The notes under the pieces are model-generated. The model worked only from the letters and a program-made list of their open reading frames with translations, was not told the DNA's origin and made no database searches. The position numbers were made by a program, and so were the translations under genes. From Acutalibacteraceae bacterium (GTDB taxonomy: Bacteria; Bacillota; Clostridia; Oscillospirales; Acutalibacteraceae), in the NCBI GenBank assembly GCA_045614385.1, contig JAZLCS010000113.1:4159-68158 (forward strand): DNA of 64,000 nucleotides. Direction: 5' to 3'. Positions 58,595 through 64,000 of the stretch are shown here, in pieces (position 1 is the first letter of the stretch; each line of letters begins with the position of its first letter).

Positions 58595-60448
58595 ATGAAA
58601 AAAGGATTTAAAAGAGCTCTTGCGCTTATTCTGTGCGCTTCCATGCTCGCATCGGTAGGAGCAATCGGAGCCTTTGCTTCCGAAAAAACAGATTGCGGCG
58701 GAGACTGCGACCATTCACCCGTTGTTATTCTCCCCGGCATCAACCATTCACCCACATATCTTTACAACGAAGATAACACACCCTATCTTGATGCTGACGG
58801 CAACGAAGTCGGCGGCACCTTGCTTATCCTTGAGCTGAGCAAGCTCTGGGGCACTCTTCCCAAGCTCATCGTGAGCCTTATTGCAACTCTCGGCCTTCAG
58901 CATGCGGTTGGTCTTGAAGATGCTGCATACGAAGCTGCTTCTGCCGCTTTCTGGGTTCAGGAATGCGATGATGAAGGAAACTATGTCAACAACCTTCAGA
59001 CAAAGAGATGGAATCACCCCATTTCCGAAATGAATCAGGATGATAAGGACTGGCTCTACAGAATGATTCCTCTTCAGGCTGTTGAAAAGGAATACGGCGG
59101 CGACCATATCTATCTTTACACCTTCAACCTTGTAGGCGACCCCATGAAGTCGGCTGACGAGCTTGACGAATATATTGAAATGGTTAAAAAGCAGACAGGC
59201 CATGACAAGGTTACTCTTCTTCCCGTTTCTCTCGGCGGCACAATCCTCACATCTTATCTTGATAAGTACGGTCACGATAAGATTGACGAAATCATCAATG
59301 TTGTTGCATGCCTTGACGGCACGGATATCGTTGCCGACATGCTTGAGAGAAAATGGAATCTCGATGATGAATATTTCTATCACGAATTCATTCCCCCCAT
59401 CCTCGGCGATGATGTAACTCTCGGCTATCTCATCAACTGCGTTCTTCACATTCTTCCCCGTTCGGGTGTTGATGCAATCCTTACGGGCGCAATCAGCGCG
59501 GTGCTTGACAAGATGATGATCAACTGTCCTCAGATTTGGGCAATGATTCCTTCATACAGATATGATGCTCTTGCTGCAAGATATCTCAGCGACAAGCCCG
59601 TTCTTAAAGAAAAGACTGACCGCTTCCAGCAGGCAAGACTCAACCTCGAGCAGAATATTCTTGATGCGGTTGCAGACGGTGTTAAGGTTAACTCCATTGC
59701 AGGCGCAAACCTTTCCTTCGGCGAGCAGGATTACACCTTCTTCGGCATCGTTGAATCCGCTCATACTTATAATACCGACGGCATCATCAACCTTTCCTCA
59801 ACAACTCTCGGCGCAACGGGCGCACCCGCAGGAAAGACCCTTGCTGATGTTCCCTATGAAAAGAATACATACTGCTCAAACTCGGATCATAATCATATTT
59901 CTCCCGACAATAAGGTTGATGTTTCAACCGCAATTCTTCCCGAAAATACATGGATTTTCCTTGACCAGCATCACGAAGTGGGCAACAACGACGTTGTTCT
60001 CAATCTTGTCGGAAATATCCTTATGGACAGAGTTTCAAGCGTTAATGACGACCCCGAAACATATCCTCAGTTCAATTACAGCTGCAACACCAAATATATC
60101 CGCCGCTGGAGACTGCCCGATGCAGAGAAGCTTCTTGAGGAGCAGGGCAGCACAATGCCGGCAGAGGATAAGAAAGAACTTGAAGCAGCAATTGCAGACG
60201 GCAAAGCAGTTATTTCCGCAACAATAGTTGACCCTGAAAAGGCAACGGCAGCAGAGGACAGACTTAACGCAATCCTCGCAAAATACGGCCTTTACACATA
60301 TCCCGAAGAGCCTTCGGCAGCAGACGTTTTCTTTGAGAATGCTCTTGAAGGCGCAAGCAAGGGCCTTGTTGACTGGCTCGGCGGCGGCAGCCTTGTTGAC
60401 TGGATTCTTTCACCCGCTCGCAATATCGTAAATAAAATCTTCGGTTAA
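58595..60448 (+). CDS. secreted alpha/beta hydrolase (lipase/LCAT-like), paralog 1
   Basis: Signal peptide; ILPGI, PVSLGG, DG and HE. Confidence 0.75.
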   Translation: MKKGFKRALALILCASMLASVGAIGAFASEKTDCGGDCDHSPVVILPGINHSPTYLYNEDNTPYLDADGNEVGGTLLILELSKLWGTLPKLIVSLIATLGLQHAVGLEDAAYEAASAAFWVQECDDEGNYVNNLQTKRWNHPISEMNQDDKDWLYRMIPLQAVEKEYGGDHIYLYTFNLVGDPMKSADELDEYIEMVKKQTGHDKVTLLPVSLGGTILTSYLDKYGHDKIDEIINVVACLDGTDIVADMLERKWNLDDEYFYHEFIPPILGDDVTLGYLINCVLHILPRSGVDAILTGAISAVLDKMMINCPQIWAMIPSYRYDALAARYLSDKPVLKEKTDRFQQARLNLEQNILDAVADGVKVNSIAGANLSFGEQDYTFFGIVESAHTYNTDGIINLSSTTLGATGAPAGKTLADVPYEKNTYCSNSDHNHISPDNKVDVSTAILPENTWIFLDQHHEVGNNDVVLNLVGNILMDRVSSVNDDPETYPQFNYSCNTKYIRRWRLPDAEKLLEEQGSTMPAEDKKELEAAIADGKAVISATIVDPEKATAAEDRLNAILAKYGLYTYPEEPSAADVFFENALEGASKGLVDWLGGGSLVDWILSPARNIVNKIFG

Positions 60449-60458
60449 TAACAAATTC

Positions 60459-60489
60459 AAAGGTGAACGGAATTTTTCCGTTCACCTTT
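60459..60489 (+). terminator. hairpin / terminator
   Basis: aaaggtgaacggaa / ttccgttcaccttt. Confidence 0.75.
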
Positions 60490-60512
60490 AAGGAATTAAG
60501 GAGGAATAATTA

Positions 60513-62117
60513 ATGAAAAAAATCATTTCGGTTCTTCTTTGCGTGACAATGGTTTTCTCGATGTTTGCGGTGAGCTCATCGGCATTCACGGCGGGCGGCG
60601 AGTGCACCGACGGCAGCTGTGAATATTATCCCACAATCATCATTCCCGGCCTCGGTCAGTCCAATGTGTGGCTGCTCGATGATAACGGCGAATTTGTGCT
60701 TGACGATGAAGGCAACAAGACTTCTGTTTTTCCCGGAGTTATTAACCTCGGCGAAATTATCAAAACAGCTCTTGTGCCCCTTCTTCTTTCTGTTGCAACT
60801 CAGAGCGACATGGGCTTTTCGGACGCTGTTGCAGACATTATAAACAGCATATTCGGCGTCAACAAGTGCGACGAATACGGTCAGACTTCAAAGAATGTTG
60901 TGACTGAAAAGTATCCGTATTCACTCGCTGAATGCACTGCGGAAGAAAAAGAAGCTCCCTATCACCATGTTCCGCTCAATCTTCACGACAGTTGCTTCCC
61001 CGAAGACCATCTCTTCTATTTCTCATATAACTCATTCGGAAACCACATCGATATAACAAAGGAACTTTATGACTATATCCATATGGTTATGGAGAAAACA
61101 GGCCACGATAAAGTTGCCATTTCCCCCATCAGCCAGGGAGGAACAATTTCAAATGCACTTTTTGAATATCATCCCGATATTATGGATTGCATTGCAAGAG
61201 TTCTTTATATCGTTCCCTGCAATGACGGCACAACCCTTATCGGCGACGTTTTCACAAACAAAATCAGAATGCTTGACCCCACAGCTCTCTATAACGGCCT
61301 TCTTTCAACATTCTTCGATATCGAAACAGCATCAATGATTGAAACTCTCGTAAGAATTCTTCCCGATGAGGTTGTTATCGGCGGTCTTACAAAGGGAGTT
61401 GAGGTGCTTGTCAGAGATGTTATGACAATGAGCACAAGCATGTGGGCAATGTGTGATTCCGCAAGCTATCCGGAAGCGGCAGAGCTTTATCTTAAAGACA
61501 GACCCGAAATCAAGAAGCAGACCGATAAATATTATCAGGCTCAGCTAAACTCAAACAAAAACATTCAGAAGCTTATCGACAAGGGCTGTGAAGTGCTCAC
61601 CGTTGCCGAATACGATGTTCAGATGTACGGCATCGGCTATTCCTATGATAAAGAAATGGCAGACGGCATGATTCCTCTTGCTTCAACCGCAATGGGTACT
61701 TATGCCGCAAATATCGGCGAAACTCTTCCCGAGGGCTACAAGCAGGCCAACTCAAGCAAAAACTGTTCCGATTTGTCACACAGCCACATTTCTCCCGACA
61801 ATATTGTTGACGCTTCGACAGGTCTTCTGCCCGACACAACATGGTATTTCAAAGGGCAGAAACATGAGCAGACAGCTCTCAACTCAACCGTTCTTACTCT
61901 GGCTCTCAGAATTATCGAAAATAAGATTGAAGATGTTTATTCAGACCCCGCGTATCCTCAGTTCATAACCTGCGAGACCGTTGCGGCAGACGAAGGCGGA
62001 TTTTTCACGAAGCTGAGCGATATTCTCTATGAATATTTCGGCTCAAACGGTTTCTCAGAGCTTCCCGGAATTGCGATACGCAATATTTTCCGCCCCATCA
62101 CCGAATTGTTTGAATAA
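60513..62117 (+). CDS. secreted alpha/beta hydrolase, paralog 2
   Basis: IIPGLG, PISQGG, ADG and HE. Confidence 0.75.
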   Translation: MKKIISVLLCVTMVFSMFAVSSSAFTAGGECTDGSCEYYPTIIIPGLGQSNVWLLDDNGEFVLDDEGNKTSVFPGVINLGEIIKTALVPLLLSVATQSDMGFSDAVADIINSIFGVNKCDEYGQTSKNVVTEKYPYSLAECTAEEKEAPYHHVPLNLHDSCFPEDHLFYFSYNSFGNHIDITKELYDYIHMVMEKTGHDKVAISPISQGGTISNALFEYHPDIMDCIARVLYIVPCNDGTTLIGDVFTNKIRMLDPTALYNGLLSTFFDIETASMIETLVRILPDEVVIGGLTKGVEVLVRDVMTMSTSMWAMCDSASYPEAAELYLKDRPEIKKQTDKYYQAQLNSNKNIQKLIDKGCEVLTVAEYDVQMYGIGYSYDKEMADGMIPLASTAMGTYAANIGETLPEGYKQANSSKNCSDLSHSHISPDNIVDASTGLLPDTTWYFKGQKHEQTALNSTVLTLALRIIENKIEDVYSDPAYPQFITCETVAADEGGFFTKLSDILYEYFGSNGFSELPGIAIRNIFRPITELFE

Positions 62118-62151
62118 ACGTTTACCGTTAAAAAGTAAAGGAAGGAAATAG

Positions 62152-63987
62152 ATGATGAAAAAAGCAGTTTCCGTTTTTCTTGCGGTTGCAATGATTTTTT
62201 CCTGTTGCGTAGTTTTTGCTTCGGCTTCGGATGTAAAAGCCGAGTGCGGCGGCGATTGCGACATCTGTCCGTCAATCGTAGTTCCGGGCATCGGTCAGTC
62301 CAATGTCTGGGCGCTTGATGAAGACGGCGAATATCTTCTTGACGATGAAGGCGAGAAGATTATGGCTTTCCCCGCAATTTTTGACGTTGGTTCAATTGTC
62401 AAAACCGTTCTTTTCCCTGCGCTTCTTACTCTTATCACTCAGCATGATGTAGGCCTTTCCAACGCTCTGTGCGACGTTGTCCGCGATGCATTCGCCGTTA
62501 ATATGTGCGATGAAAACGGCAAAAACACCGGAAATCTTGAAGTTGAAAGATATCTTTATTCCGTTGCCGAATGCAGCGACTATGAAAAAAAGCAGATTTA
62601 CAATAACATCCCTCTTCAGGATTATGCTGAAATCGCAGGCGAAGACCATCTCTATTACTATGCTTACAATTCATTTACAAATCTTGAAGAAACCATAAAC
62701 GGTCTTTATGAGTTTATTCAGATGGTAAAGAAAGAAACAGGCCACGACAAGATTAATATTGTTCCCATCAGCATGGGCGGCTCAATTGCAAACGGATTGT
62801 TTGAATATTATCCCGATGTTATGGATGACCTGAACAAGGTTGTCTATATCGTTCCTGCCCTCAACGGTTCAACAATCGTCGGCGACCTCTACAAAAAAGA
62901 TCTTGCTTTTCTTGACACCGATTTCCTCTATAACGGTTTCCTTGAAACTCTTATGGACGAAGAAGATGCAAGAATGATTGAGGTTGTTGCACGAATTCTT
63001 CCCGACGAAGTTCTTGTCGGCGTTCTCAACAATGTTGCGGACTGCCTTATCGAAGAGGTTGCCGCTAATGTGACAAGCCTTTGGGGTCTTTGCCCGAAAG
63101 AGGATTATCCCGAAGCATCCGCAAAGCTTCTTGCCCAAAAGCCCGTAATTAAAGCACAGACCGACAGATATTATCAGGCGCAGCTTAATTCGCTTGCAAA
63201 CATTCAGAAGATGGTTGACAAGGGCGTTGAAGTTTATAACATCGTTGATTATGATGCACCTCTTTATCAGATAGGCAATTCGTGGAACGATGACAATGCT
63301 GACGGCGTTATCCATCTTTCGTCAACTGCAATGGGCGTTCACAGCGCGCTTGTGGGCGAAACTCTCGGCGATGACTACAAGCAGGCAAACACCAGCGTTA
63401 ACTGCTCAGACAAATCACACAACCATATGTCTCCCGACAATGTTGTTGATGCTTCAACAGGTCTTCTGCCCGACACAACTTTCTATTTCGACGGTCAGAA
63501 CCATGAAAAAACTGCAAGAAACGATGTTATAATCAGCCTTGCAACAAGACTGCTTGCAACCGATGATATCAAGAGTGTTTATTCTCTTGAAGAATATCCT
63601 CAGTTCAACGGCAAAAGAGACCCGAGAGCACTGAAAAATACATACATCCCCGCCGCAAAGGCGGTTGACCCCTCAACTCTTTCAGCGGAGGATGCCGCAG
63701 AGCTTGCGGAAGCAATCAAAACCGCCGAGGATTTTGTGAACGGCACGGTATGCTATGACGGCCAGCAGAAAGAAGTTGAAGAAAAGATTATCAAAGCTCT
63801 TGTTAAGGTTGGCGCATGGACAGTTGAAGAAGAGGAAGAACCCTCCTCCTTCTTCTCAGACCTCAGTCTCTGGCTCTATGACACCTACGGAGCAAACGGT
63901 TTCTCCGAGCTTCCCGCGCTTTCCGTTAAGCTTGCGTTTGAAGGTCTCGGCGACTTGATAAAAGGTATTTTTGAAGGTATATTTTAA
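62152..63987 (+). CDS. secreted alpha/beta hydrolase, paralog 3
   Basis: VVPGIG, PISMGG, ADG and HE. Confidence 0.75.
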   Translation: MMKKAVSVFLAVAMIFSCCVVFASASDVKAECGGDCDICPSIVVPGIGQSNVWALDEDGEYLLDDEGEKIMAFPAIFDVGSIVKTVLFPALLTLITQHDVGLSNALCDVVRDAFAVNMCDENGKNTGNLEVERYLYSVAECSDYEKKQIYNNIPLQDYAEIAGEDHLYYYAYNSFTNLEETINGLYEFIQMVKKETGHDKINIVPISMGGSIANGLFEYYPDVMDDLNKVVYIVPALNGSTIVGDLYKKDLAFLDTDFLYNGFLETLMDEEDARMIEVVARILPDEVLVGVLNNVADCLIEEVAANVTSLWGLCPKEDYPEASAKLLAQKPVIKAQTDRYYQAQLNSLANIQKMVDKGVEVYNIVDYDAPLYQIGNSWNDDNADGVIHLSSTAMGVHSALVGETLGDDYKQANTSVNCSDKSHNHMSPDNVVDASTGLLPDTTFYFDGQNHEKTARNDVIISLATRLLATDDIKSVYSLEEYPQFNGKRDPRALKNTYIPAAKAVDPSTLSAEDAAELAEAIKTAEDFVNGTVCYDGQQKEVEEKIIKALVKVGAWTVEEEEEPSSFFSDLSLWLYDTYGANGFSELPALSVKLAFEGLGDLIKGIFEGIF

Positions 63988-64000
63988 ATAGAAAAGAGCT

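Noticed and set aside
150-63958. Many overlapping alternative-frame or antisense ORFs in the ORF track
   Set aside because: They overlap well-supported genes and show no recognisable motifs

Overview
64 kb of chromosome from a spore-forming Firmicute; gene content and order suggest Clostridia/Oscillospirales (inference). Bases 1-40 kb are mostly housekeeping and envelope genes: glnS 3' end, prfB, galU, MacB-like ABC with TetR, pbp-ftsW, desulfurase-thiI-cinA, two class B sortases, mnmA, prfA, a sua5-coaE fusion and spoVT. No integrase, transposase, rRNA, intact tRNA or CRISPR array was found. Four things stand out. (1) A 40-55 kb hotspot where cargo blocks are separated by hybrid gene-end junctions: two extra copies of the spoVT upstream region plus first 33-34 codons, each joined to a homologous coding remnant (AMLxLEKR), and an adh-5'::def-3' junction between intact def and adh. 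This looks like tandem cassette accretion with no local recombinase. (2) One cassette encodes a 1298-aa secreted protein with an ETX/MTX2 (aerolysin-like) segment and Cys/His repeats. (3) A membrane protein fusing a degenerate CinA copy to a circularly permuted SpoIID domain, downstream of cinA and two sortases. (4) Two small hydrophobic peptide ORFs missed by the ORF track. All family calls come from motif recognition by eye; no searches were run.
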